Positions 23,601 to 36,190 of a stretch of DNA of 64,000 bases are shown here, in pieces. Each line of letters opens with the position of its first letter. Positions within the stretch are counted from its first letter, which is position 1. The notes beneath the pieces are model-generated. The model had not been told where the DNA came from, did not search any database, and saw nothing but the letters and a program-made list of their open reading frames with translations. Where the stretch lies: positions 100,194,001-100,258,000 of the forward strand of contig CM052816.1 of assembly GCA_028534125.1 (NCBI GenBank), read 5' to 3'. This stretch comes from Lama glama. Its lineage: Eukaryota. Position numbers and translations under genes: made by a program.

Positions 23601-25527
23601 TGGAAGTGCCCACAACGCAGGACCACAGAGTCAGCTCCCCGCTCTTCCCCCGGCACTCGCGGCTTGTGTGGCGTCCCCCACACCCCTGGCCTTGGGGAGG
23701 ACAGGTGGCATCTTCAGTCTGCAGTAACCTCTCAGAGCACCGGTGTCAACCATGGGAAGGAAAACGTGGAGAGGAACCCTTCCTGGGCACCTGTGCTGTG
23801 GACCAGGGCCCTGGGGGCTCTTGCACATCAGCTGTACCTGATTTCAAAGTCACACAAGCACCAACCACTGTGCCCCTAAAGTTCCTGCTGCAAAAAGAGG
23901 GGAAGCAAATGTCCAGGGCCTCGCTCAGCCAAGACAAACCCGAAGGACGTCACACACCCTCAGCACCAGTGAGAAACCCAACACGGTGCCCAGCGACTGG
24001 GGATTTCAGCCTGCTGGTGCCTCCTGGTGCCCACAGCATGGCTCTCATCTCTTCTCCATCTCAGGTTTTCACATCCTTTCAGCCTGTGGATGCAGTGATG
24101 AGGTGGTCCAGGTGGAGGGAACCCGGAGAAGGTCCAACTGCTGCTCTTCCTTTGTGTGAATAACCTCAGAGGAGTGCCCCCACCCCGATCACCCCGAAAC
24201 CAAGCCTGTGAAGGCCGAGAACTCTCAGTGCTGAGCACCGAAGGTTCTGTGCCGCAGGGAGCGCCCAGGGACGCCGTGTCCCGCCTGCCTCGCTTGTCGG
24301 CTCCCCCAGCCCAGCTAAATCTGGGTAAAGGGGATCTAATATCGGTTCAAGGTAGGGAGTGGGAGGGGATGGAAGCAGCTGGGAAGAAAAATAACTGTGC
24401 TTTGAACACCGTGCTTGTCATTGGTCCTTTGTGACCAGGAGGCCTCAGTCCCTATCAGCCCTCCCTGGAAACTGAGCTGGTCTTAAACACCCAAGGCCCG
24501 GCGGTGCTTGGATGTGCACACCTCTGCGGTCCCGTGACAGGGGCCCCACGTGGACTGGCTTTTCAGGTGCTCCGGCAGGTGTCTTGGCCCCTCCCTCCCG
24601 TCTGTGGGGCTGTGAGCTGTGCGCACGCGCTCCCTGCAGTGAGTTCAAGGATAGGACTCATTGGCTTTAACAGACCCCCGGCCTTGAGAACCAGGGCGAG
24701 CTTCAGGACCGCAAGAGTCCTGGCCGGAGGCGGCTGTGAATGGCTGTGCCACCTGCGGTGCTTGCCGCATGCCCTTGTTGTCAGTTAAGGAGCGGTTTCC
24801 CGTTGAGGAGGGGCCCTCAGTTGTTTACCTGAGGAGCTGATCCATCACTCGAAAAGGGGCTCTTGGCGGGGCAGCGAGGTGATAGGAGTCAGCGGCACGC
24901 TGCTAAATTGCCCGGGAGGGCTCAAAACAGGTGCGAGATAAGGAGGGAGAGATTAAGTCAAGATGGCATCGCACGCTGTGGCTAAACACTCCAGCCCCAG
25001 GCGGGCGCTGACCTCGCGGCCGGCCACTTTATTTCCAGAGCCCAGTGCCGATCTTTTGTCACCTCTTTGCCCCATATCAGACTTTCAGGAAACAAGACCC
25101 AGGAAAGCAGATGATCAGTAATGAGATCAGGAGATGTCATCCTAAGAGCAACGCGCTGCCGGCTTTGTTTGCAGAGGGCTGCTTGGCCCCAGCGGCTGGT
25201 CAGCCCGGATGGGGATGTGCGCGGCGTGACCCAACGTGCAGACGCAGAGCCCGGGGGAGGCGCTGGGCAGAGGCGAAGCTCAGCCGGGAGGCCGCCTGGC
25301 CCCGTCTGCCCAGTGCAGGGGCCACCACGCTGCTTTGCAGCTGTGCCCTTCCTGGGACACTTCGTGGGGAGTCCCTGACGCTGTGGCAAGTTGGGGTGCC
25401 CATGGGGCAAGAGCTGTGAACCAACAGACTCACACCTTCTCTGCAGGATGCAGGTGATGAAGGGCTGCATCCCCGCTGTGTCTGTGATGGAGACACTCCC
25501 TGGTCCCCACAGCAGGGGAGGCGCACA

Positions 25528-25670
25528 CACCTTCTCTGTGCTTAGGTCCACGTCTCTCCAAGCGGGTGGGGATGCCCACCCCTCCTCACAGGACACTAGG
25601 CACTGGCACCTGTTTAATATGATAACAAGCGTAGCCAGGCCTCTTCCAGACAATGCCGGGTGCCCATTCC
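25528..25670 (+). mobile_element. MIR SINE fragment
   Basis: 'cttctctgtgcttagg...ggggatgcccacccctcctcacagg...tttaatatgataac...acaatgccgggtgc' follows the MIR core. Confidence 0.5.
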
Positions 25671-27869
25671 TCTGATGTGTGATGCCAGGTGTGCCTGCAT
25701 CTCTGTATTTGATGGAAGCTCCAGCGGTCTTCTTCGTGTAGTGCTGGGCACGCCCGCAGCCCTACATGGCCTCCGCATGAGAAGGGTGCCCCTGCTCCTC
25801 TGCGCGACTTGGACACCTCCGTTGTGTGATGCTAGTGACCTGCTCCTCTTTCACGTGCTGGTAGGGGACACCTCTCCACCTCCTGCACGATGATGGCCCA
25901 CAGACAGCTCCTCTGAAGGAAAGTGGGCACAACCCCTTGCCTCTGATCCGGGACACAGCCACACCTGCCCTGGCTGTGCGCGCCCAGCCCTCCTCTGTCT
26001 GACGACGCGCCTGCCCCTGCCTGAGCTCGGCGCACGCACGCGGTGCGGCCTTCCTCAGAAGGCCTACCAAGGAGCTGCTGAAGCGTCGCTCGATCCTTTG
26101 CCTAAAACCACGCAGGAAGAAAAGTGGGCACGGGACAGAGGCGCTGCTCCTGCGTCCGCTGTGATAGGCTCTGGGGGGCAGCAAATGAAGCCGCCTCGTT
26201 ATGAGCACAGTCCGTCTCCAATCGGGAGCTCCCCTCATCTCCCCTGAAATGCTAACAGCGCGCACAGAACGGCCACTCAGAGAGGATGAAGCCGCTCTAC
26301 AAACGGATCGTTTCTTTAAGAATAACATTGTTCCCAGTCGCTCATCTACATTGTGGAAATTCAAAGCTGTCGCTGAGGAGAGCGGGCCCGTAAACCTGCT
26401 GCCCAGGCCACACGCCGTGTAAACACACCGGCACTTAGAGGACAACGCTTTATTCTGTGCATCACCATGATTTCTGACCCTCGAAGACTTCATTCCTAAA
26501 ATTAGCCAGGTCCGTGTGTTCTGTCATTTCTAAGACGCGTGAAGGGTGATCTGAAGTGAGCGGATTTCCTCTTCAACCCCCCAGAGTCTCCCCGGCACTG
26601 CCTTCTTTGTCCGGCTTCTGCCTGGTGCTCCTGTTGGGCAGGGGGTTCTTGGCTTCGTGTGACTGTGAAACTGCTGTTTCTTCTAAGCACTTGGATGAGA
26701 TGACATAATTTACAGGCTGTTTTTCGGAGCTGAGTCCACTGATGTGGCTGTGGCCAGAGCAGGGAGGGGCTGGGGTGGGGAGAGCGGAGCGGCGACAGTG
26801 GTGGGGAGGGGAGGGGAGGGGACCCAGAGGCCAGGGTCCCCTGACAGCTTCCTCCCCCAGCTGCCCCATTCCCAACGGGTCCCTGTTACCAGTTTGAGCA
26901 AGGGGAAACCTCAGTTTACTCCCAACCGTCCAGAGGTCTCTGTTTGAGGAGAGCGTAGTTATTCAAAACTGCAGGCCGCTTGAAAGAAGCATGGAGCCCC
27001 CAGGGGAGGCCCGCTGGCCTTTCAGTCCATTACGATTCCTGAGGCGGCCACAAAAGGAGGTGGGCTTGCCGGAGTTAATGAGATTCCTCAACGAAAACAC
27101 TAACCTGGGTTAAAACTAAAAGAATGCTGATAGGGACGCTGCCGCGCACACTGCGCGCAGGAGGCGCTCTGCTCAGATCAGCCGTGCGTGTTAGGAGGGA
27201 GCCTTTAATCGTGCTTAAAAGAGAGGAGAAAACCCGAGAAGATGGATGCCGGAGACAAAGCCTCTCAGATGAGGAGCGGCTGAAATAGGATAAAACAGAC
27301 CATCTCACTTTTTTTTTAATAGCATTCCAGGTACAAACCAACTAATGGCAGCAGAAGTTTAACATCACTTTAAAGGAGCATGACTGACCCACTGAGAAAG
27401 TACATAGTCAAATGTGTAGCGATGCCCTGATTATCCCTGTCTCCCCTCCGGCAAATACCTGGCTCTTGAGCGTGTGCGCTGGAACATTTTGTTTTATTAC
27501 CTTGTGAGACAGCGGGATGAAGCCCTCCACACCTGGGGAATTCACGCGTCCGCCTTGCCCTATCAGGGCTCGCACAGCATCTCACGCCGGGCGCATAATT
27601 ATAGCAGCGTTTAAAGGGAGCCCAGAAGAAAGATGGGTTCAAGTGCAAATTAATTTCAGATTATCACAACAAAGGCAATCCTATCTCAACAAGCGAGCCA
27701 GCAAAACACTGGAAGGTCCCCAGGCCCCTCCCCTCCCCAACCTGCAACAAAGACCCTTCAGCTCAAATTAAGCTAATGATCTCAAACAGCCCTCTGCCTA
27801 CCTTTTTGGGGGCTTTGCCTGTTTGCCCAGTTGAATGTGGCAAACCTGAAAAGGAGACCAAAAGGAGGG

Positions 27870-30800
27870 GGCGCGGGCCCAGGGAAAGGGGTGGGCAACG
27901 GGGCAGCCCGGAAAGGTCAGGGCTGCGCATCCATCAAGTGACAGCGCAGACAGGCAGTGGCTTGGCGGGGCCTGCACAGCGTCAGGCTGTCCTGTTGGAC
28001 AGGGAGGAGCGGGCGCTCTGATGGCGCTGCAAGGGCCCAGCTGTGTCTGAGCCTCTCCCACCGGCTGCCTCAGCGCGCAGAGCTCGGCTCACGTCTTCCC
28101 ACTGGCGATCCGCACAGCTTTTACAGAAATCCAGCGTCTCACTCCATCCTGTGGGGACCCGGGGAAGGGGGACTGGGCTAACACTCAGGTCAAGCCTCAT
28201 TACTTCCTCGTTACCTCTGCAGAAGCGGAGAGAGAGGGCTTCCATCCGGGGAGCGCGGATGGGATGTCGCCGGGCGCCTGTCTGGTTACTGCACAGCCGA
28301 CCGTGGCGCGCGGCCGCGGTGGGACTCCCGCTCCTCGCCGGCAATGATCCCCTCATTACAGCTTTAGGGCCAGTGACGGCCATGTGGCCCTGTGTCGGGA
28401 GGCAGGAGGGCTCCTCCACGGTCCCCGCTGTGGGGGCAGAGGGGAAAAAACCACGCCTCTCAGAGCTGGCCGGATGACTCTGCACCAGCTGCCTTCGCCC
28501 CCTTTGATCTGGTTCTACCCCGAAGGCCAAGGCATTTGCCACAAACACAAGCGCAGCCTGGAAAGCGGGCCAGCAGCCAGGCGAGCCCGCCTCCCCTCCC
28601 AGGCCCGAGACCCCTGCCGCCTGCGGGCCGAGCTCCAGCCTCCAGCCTCCAGCCTCCTCTGAGGAGAAGGGGCCTGGCGCTCCAGCTGGCCTTTCTTTCT
28701 CTTTTTAACTCAGTTTTGCCTCCAGTAGTGTTGGTGGCTGGTGGTGGGGCCCAGCTCCCAGGGGCTCCCGACTGGGTTCAGGAGGCAGGCGGTCAGGGAT
28801 GGGGCCAGAGCAGCCGCAGACACACAGGTGGCTCCAACACAGGCCCCACACTGGGGGCAAAGGGCTCCCCTGCACCCTCGTGATGCCCTCTGGGGACATG
28901 CACGCTGGGGAAGAGCTGCAGGACCCTCCCTGCTCCCAGCCCCTTCCCCACCCTTGTCCCGCGTCCATCTCTGCTGAGACTCCGCCTCCAACCTCCCTCC
29001 CTCGTCCTCCTCCAGCTGTAAAACAAACACTTTTACAACAAATGCCGTAAGTGCAGTGAGGCCCCCCTGCAGCCCCGCTGCCCGGGGTCGGACCAGGAGG
29101 TGCGTTTCCCCAGACGCCTCCCCCGGCCCCGCCCCGTCCTGACGCTGCCTGCCTCGTGCCCAGTGCTTCTTCCCCCCCATCCTCGGCTCCTGGATTCTTC
29201 TCCCTCCCGCTCCGGGTGGAAAGGGGCCCGAGGAGCCGGGGAGGGGGAGATGCATCCGTCCCCCAGCCTCTCCAGGAGGGCAGCCCAGCATTCGCACAGA
29301 CACCCCGGCCAGGGGCCAGGACTGGGCTTGGGGGGGGGCTGGCGCTGGAGGCCGGGTCGAGCTGCAGGCCCTGCGGGCTCAGCTGAGCTGCGGGTGCGGG
29401 AGGGGGAGGCCAGGGCAGGCCTCAGGGACTGTGCCCAGACGCAGCGAAGTGAGGTCGATTTTGGTGTGAAGCTGGAGCCCCCCGGACCCTTTGCAAGAAA
29501 TCCCGTCTCCTCCCGAGTCCTTCCTAACGGGGGACCGACGTCACGAGATGAAGATGACCTCCCGGAGTCACTCGGTCCCTTGCTCCATGCTCCCGGCCGG
29601 CCGAGGCCTGGCGTTTGGGGCCCGGCGGGTGGGGCTGGCGCTGGGGGCTGTGGGGCTGGTGGCGAGGGCAGCAGGGTCGGCGGAAACGAAACACCTTCTC
29701 AGCGAAGAGGAGCGGAGGGCGTAGACCGACTGGTGGGGGATCCCGGAAGCCCCGGGAGGCGTGCCCCAACCCCGGTCCCCGTTTCACATCAGGAAAGGCC
29801 AAGCCTGCCCTAGGAAGGGGCTCAAGGACTCGTCCTGCGGCCCCAGGGGCGCTGCCACTGACTCACCGTACGGCTCCCAGCCCCCCCTGCCCCCCCAGCT
29901 CCACCCTCCTCACAGGGCTGGTGGCCAGAGCCTTGTCTGGGAACTGAGGCCAAAGCTGGCCCTTCCCCAGACAGAGAGCATGTCCTTGGGGCCTGAACCC
30001 AATGGCATGTCCTTTGCTGGTCCATCTCCCTTCAGGAAGGACCCCGGTCTCCCTGCGGGTGCCCCCCCTCACCACCAGGCCTGAGCACCCCCCACCGGCC
30101 GCGCTTCAGGATCAGCAGTGGCCCCCTCTTCCCCTGAAGGCTCAGCCCGAGGCTCACGGGGATGGCAGGGGCTCCCGGGGATCTCGACCCCCAGAGCCGC
30201 AGGCCCGGCTCCAGGGGGGCCGTTTCTGACTGAAGCAGGTCCGGGTGTGAGGGGATGAGACGCAATGCTGTGAACGGCCCCTGGGCTTCGAGACCTGCAT
30301 CACCTGTGATCTGGGACCTTAACCGACGGCCTCGGCTCACTCACCACGAAGACACTCCTCCATGTGCGGACACGCTCCTGGCCCTGCATCCGCGAAGCTG
30401 CGCTCAGACAAGGGGAGGAAGGCCACCTCCTCTCTCCAGGCTGTCTGAGCCCAAGGGCTTCTTTTTGTAAATTTAAAGCTGGTATCAACAGTCACAGTGA
30501 TGAATATAATCTTAATGAGGAAAATTGGGATGAAATAATTATTTTCATGAGTTAATGCTGGGGGTGCCTCAGTTGTAGCTCGGAAAAAGTGGGGGCTCAC
30601 TGGCTTAATGTGGAGTCAGAATACCGGAGTGACATCAGGTGGGTTCACAAAAGCAGCTGTCAGGAGTGTGGGAGGAGCTGCTGACAGCCCCTCATCCATC
30701 CATCCGACCTGTGTTTGCCGAGCGTCAGGGAGGGGCCCGCAGACCTGCGGGCCGGGAGGCTGTGCCCTGCCCTGCGGAAGCCCCAGCCCCCAGCTGTCCA

Positions 30801-31150
30801 CACTGCTTCGTGGTCTTGGATTCAGGCCAGAGCTCAAACTTTCATAAAAGTTGATGATATTCCCCCAAAACAACAGTCCAGAGGGAGGTGCCAGATGACA
30901 CCACCCTCCAGCAGGCCTAAGACTTGCAGGCTGAGGCCCCCCAGGTCCGGGGCGGGGGAGTCCTGCCGCAGGAGCTGACCTCAGGGCCTGAGGCGGCCCC
31001 CAGGGACCAGGGCTTCCGAGCACCCCCCCACCGCCACCGAAGGAGCGAGGGGATGGAAAGGCTGTCGCGGGGTGAAGCTCAGAGGAGCCCGCCTGGGAGC
31101 CAAGGGGGTCGGGCGGAGATGGCGGGGGTCTGCGTGGGCTGCAGGGGACT
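27870..31150. promoter_or_regulatory. CpG-island-like GC-rich block
   Basis: Visibly high G+C with dense CpG (e.g. gtggcgcgcggccgcgg near 28303; densest at 29080-29800), GC boxes and no recognisable interspersed repeats. CpG observed/expected ratio not computed. Confidence 0.55.
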
Positions 31151-31463
31151 GTCGTCCTCACCGTCAGACTACGTCCTGTCACCTTCTTGTCCCCTTCTGA
31201 ATGTTCTCACTCAAAACTGCCTGCCATCAGGAGCCATGATTTTCAAAATTTGTTCTCAAATGAATTAGAGAAAATTCAGCTGCATTAAGCCACGCTTTAG
31301 AAAGTAAAATCTTCCTTTCTACGTTATGTCTCCACATCTTCACAGCAGCCACGAAGCCAGCACCAGGCAAACCTGGTGGCCCCACTAAGCTACCCAGAGT
31401 CTGGGGCCCAGGTTCTGGAAGATTCTCCACTTTGAGAGTCTCCAGGTCTTTCCTCGTCCAGGG

Positions 31464-31522
31464 CGTCTGGGACCAAACCCTCTCAGACGCCGTCCGGGAC
31501 CAACCCCTCTCAGACACCGTCC
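31464..31522 (+). repeat. 27-bp tandem duplication
   Basis: cgtctgggaccaaaccctctcagacgc followed by cgtccgggaccaacccctctcagacac. Confidence 0.85.
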
Positions 31523-34500
31523 AGTCCCCGGGATCGGCCGTGCCCCACCCCGTCCTGCCCCTGGCGTGTACAGGCTTCCTTCTGGGGCTCCGGTCCCTCC
31601 TTGAAGGGTTTACCATGGGCACAGCGCACCCTCCCCACCCGGGGTCCGCCAGGCCACCGACGGGTGAGTTCATGAATTTTACCTTCTAAACGTGAGCCCA
31701 GAGCTTAGAGAGAACAGATCCGCTCTCATATGTAGCTTCTAGGATTGCATACGGTGAGCGAAAGGGGCCTGAATTTACAGCATTTTAACGACCAATGGAG
31801 GCAGTGACCACGTTTGGCTCAAATCTCTAAGAAGGTACAGCCTGCAGCTGCGGCAGCAGGCGTCCAGCAGCCCCCAGTTTCCTGGTCACCTGCGGAGACC
31901 AAGCCACGCCCACGGAGGACAGTCCGTGGGACGGAGCAGCTATCCGGGCCTTCGTGCCAAGCTGGGCCGCCGTCCCTCAGCCAGCAGAAGGCCTCAGACA
32001 CCGTGACCAGAATGGAGCGCAGAGAAAAATCACAAAGTGGAAAGGAGATGAGCGAATTTGAATTAAAAAAAAAAAAACACCGTGAATTAGCCTTATGTTA
32101 TTACAGGGTATTATGCATTTCCTAGTATTTTATTTTTATTATTTTGTTTTCCAGAATCCTAAGGCCATGCTTTGATGTTGGCAAAGTAGGTCGAGAGCGT
32201 GGTGCTCCACCTCTAAGCCCCAGAGAGAGGGCCCACACTCCCCGTGGGAACCAGCCAGCCACCTGTCTGTCTGTCTGTCTACAGAGAGATGGAGCACGTG
32301 GCGGGTGGGGGGAAGAAGGAGGAAAGGAAGGAGGAAGACAGACAGGGAGCTGCGTCAGGGTGACTGCCTCGTCCTCCCACGCCACTCAGTGTCGCCAAGA
32401 CCACTTTGTAGAGCAGAGGGCACCTTCAGTGTCCGATGTCAGAACTGCTTCACCCTGTTTTCCCTCCACGTTTTGGGTGATCACTGATGGAATCTTCGTT
32501 GCGTATCGCCCCAGCCGCCCACAGAGACGCTGACCTTCCTCAGACGTACACCACAGGCCCATGCCTACTGCAGCGAGATGCAGTCTCGCGATGCCTTCTC
32601 CAGGCCAGACCCGCACTTCCAGATGCTCCAGACAAGCAGTCGCAAAGCGTGCCCTGGAATCGGGCCTGTGCAGTGACGGTGGTGGACGCTGGTAGGAACA
32701 GCGCTGCCAACAGGCTTCATCCGGGAAGACGCTGGGACTCTGAAACAGACCCAGCGTGGGTACCACTGTCTTCACCAGAAAGCAGACGAACACCGGTGTG
32801 GCTGACGGGCAAACCCAGGAACACCTGCAGGGCTCTGCACGTGCGCTTTCTAACCAGGATCAATCAAGACGGAAAGTGTATGTTTCGACTTTGTGTGTTT
32901 TATCTAATCATTTTTATTAGATTTACTATGAGATAGATGACTGTGTCTTACCGTCATTTTGATTCATTGTGAACATGATTTAAAGATTAATGACAATTGC
33001 CCGCAAGCTATGCATGTAGCAGTTAACCAGCATTTGCTTGTATGCATTTTCAAATGGTTCTTAGTTTGTGGAATACATTTATTCTGAATTTTCAGAAACA
33101 AATCTTTGAACGTGTGCCTCTTACCTTGGCTGAGTTGTCAAAACAGGACGTGAATTTTATGTGATGCCAACAGAGCAGAATCCTCGTCCAGCACGTCTCC
33201 TTGGTTGGTTTCACCTAAAAAAGTAAGTCAGCCCTGGAGTCTATCACCTGTGAGGTACAGCGGGAATGAAGACCCTGACAACAGGGAATATATCAGCCTT
33301 TATCCTCCAGAAATATTTATACTAATTTGAAAGAAATTCCAGGCAAGTTGCATCAAGATAAGTGACTACATTTACAGGATACACACATAAATATCACAAG
33401 TAGTAAACTGAGTAATTCCAAGGCAAATGGATCAAGCCAGTGGCTGATGAGGGTCTCTGATGAAGGCACATCACGTTTTCCTTCCTGGTTTATCACCTTT
33501 TACCTGGGCTGGGGCCTCTGGTCCAGGGTCACAGTGTTGCCACTGCCCGTGGCTTTGCAGGCTGCCTGTCCGGGGAGTGGGCAGATGGAGCGAGAAGATG
33601 GGAACCCCACGAAGGTGGTGTGCCGAGGACCAAGGAGCAGGTGGAAGCAGGGGCAGAAGCAAAATCAAGAAGGCCATGGATGTAGAGCGTCAGGGGGCCA
33701 TCCATGCTGGCCCCTCGGAGGTGGACGGAATGGCATCAGGGATACAGCAGTGTCAGAGAGGCCATCCTTTCACCTGCAAAACGGACTGAGCAGGCGGAGA
33801 TGCAAGCACCCTTATCACGGTGTCTGTTATCACAAGCACTGCAAAAAAATCAAACCGACTTCCAGTATCAAGCCAACTTCTGGTTCCGGTTACTGGACAC
33901 AGGGCTGGGCTCCCTCAGGCTCCTGACAAACGTTCCCTGGCCTCAACTTGTATCAACTACCGAATGTGTCTTTGTCATTTGGAACCAACTCCCTAATGAA
34001 AACAGTGCAGTGTCCCAGAGAAAGAAAGAATACAGTGTAACTACACAAAACCCAGCTTATTAAAGCCAAGCTGCAGGCAGAGCCCTGGGGAGTTCGCGGG
34101 ATGGAGAGTTCAGAGGGGCCCGTCCTGCAGGCAGAGGGCCAGCCGTCAGGTGGGAGCCAAGTCGGTCAGAGTTGCTCAAGAAGACCCCCGCAGAGACCCT
34201 GCCCAGGGCCACTGAGCCCCCGTCCCCTGCATCGAGTCAGCCCATCCCTTCTGGAGCCTTCCAGGGCGGCAGAAGCAGGACCCAGCGGGACTGGCTCCCG
34301 CCGCAGTGGCAGCCTCCCCAGACTCTCTGCCCAGCCCGATTCTGCTCTGCACCATCCAGCTGGGGGGTGGCACCTGGTGGAGGCATTTGGAGGCCAGGAG
34401 GGCAGGGGACAGAGCAGGGCGGAGGAGAGGGGGGACCTCAGGGCACAGACGTGAGCAGGCCTTCTCTGTGGATGTGGCCAGGGAGGCACCTGGATATCGC

Positions 34501-35689
34501 AGGCAGCTGTGAGGCCCGTCCCTCGAGCACCAGAGTGGTCCTGGGTCTGACAGCAAGTGCCGGAAGGATGCTGGGTCATCACCGTGCCAGGCACGAGAAT
34601 GAGAGCCCAGGAGCCGGCCCGGCCTGGCCCGAGGGGAAGGACTGGTGCCTCCATCTGGGCAGGATCAGGAGGTCCTCCCAGCACCTGGGTTCTCACCAGC
34701 CGTCCGGCACAGGGCCTGACTCCTGTGTCCTGACCAGGGGACCATTGGACGGAGCTTTTCTGTTGCAGGAAGTTGCCCTGAGCCTTCCCGCGATGCCCCA
34801 TGCGGAGGCCTTGTCCCTCCTGCCCAGCTGGGGGGCATGGGGCCCGAGGGGCAGCACAGCAGCCACGTGAGAGCTGCCCCCCTCGCCCACGGGGGCGCCC
34901 GGTTTGCCGCGGGGTCTCTGACCCGGAGCTCTGCATGCCTGGGCTCCGCCAGGCTCATTCAGTAGGCGTCTCTCAAGGTGTGAACGCCTCTCTTAAGGAT
35001 TTAACAGAAGAAATCGGTTGTTGATGGGGGATGCTGCGTTTCCAGGCAGATGACCCAAGGTTAATTTTATGCAACAGTGGAAGTATTATTAAAATATCAG
35101 CCACTTGGGAGGAAAGTTGCAGCTCCTGGCTGAGCCTGAAGAGAAGCCTGCGCTGAGGGACCTTGTCACCAGGGTTTTCTGTTGTTCACGGGAGGTTTCA
35201 CACACCCGAAGTCAGTGGTCTCCATGAAAATTCTTACGACTTGTGCGAATTCCCCGGGGACGCCAAATTTGAGTGAAATAGCCGAGCACGTCCAGCTTGT
35301 GGACCACGCCTGCCTTCTCTGGTGGCAGGGAGGCCCGTGTGTGAGCTGCGCGGGCTCCGAGCATCTCCGTGAGCACCAGCACCAGTGTCCTGCCGCGCTT
35401 CTCTTTCCAGCGCACACCGCCAGCGAGGCCAGGGAACCAAACACGTAGCACTATCTGGATGCATTTCAGCTTCAGGACACCCAGGACCTGTCTGCATCTC
35501 AGCTTAACACCTCAGGTGTATGGCTGAAATCCTGGACTCTCTCTCCAAGTCCCGAGAAGCCCCACGCACAGAGGTGTTCACTGGAGTGCCACCTGTCGCT
35601 GCCAGTTTGTAAGTCTAACCGCGGGGGGGAGGCTCTGTGCGTTTTGGGAGGTTGTAGGAATAAACGTTTTTTGAGCAATGAGACTCCGT

Positions 35690-35890
35690 GATGATGTTGG
35701 AAAACGCTTGTATGACATACGTGCAAAACCAGGGCTTGAAAGTGTAAATGCCGTCTTATTCCATGTATGTACAATAGGGACAAATACATAGAAAAGAACC
35801 TATCAAACCATTAGCGCTGATCTCTGGGTGTGAGATTAAAAGGTAACTTTCACCTTACACTTCTCCATTTTTTTCCATATGCCACTTCAA
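35690..35890 (+). mobile_element. Old LINE-1 (L1ME-like) 3' fragment
   Basis: 'ggaaaacgcttgtatgacata...tacatagaaaag...tcaaaccattagcgctgatctctgggtgtgagattaaaaggtaactttc' resembles the L1ME 3' UTR. Confidence 0.5.
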
Positions 35891-35894
35891 ATAA

Positions 35895-36190
35895 TACATG
35901 TGGAGATAGATATGGACGTAAGTATAGGTTTGGTTATAGAGACAGACACGGAGCCAGAGGTGCCGGTGCAGATGACATGGGCGCGGCTGCGAGCGCAGGC
36001 GGAGGCACGGACGGCCTGTCTACGACGGGCGTGGTGCTGACAGAGGTCAGTATGGATATGGGAACAGGCACAGAGATAAATACGCAGATGTGGACACGGG
36101 TGCAGATGGAAAGGTGGACGCGTAGGTGCAGAGGCAGGTCATACAGACGAAGACACGATGGGATCCTAAACAGATAAAACAGAGACGGGT
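35895..36190 (+). repeat. Degenerate purine-rich low-complexity repeat (about 6-nt period)
   Basis: Runs such as ggagatagatatggacgt, gtatggatatgggaacaggcacagagataaatacgcagatgtggacacgggtgcagatgg. Confidence 0.5.
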
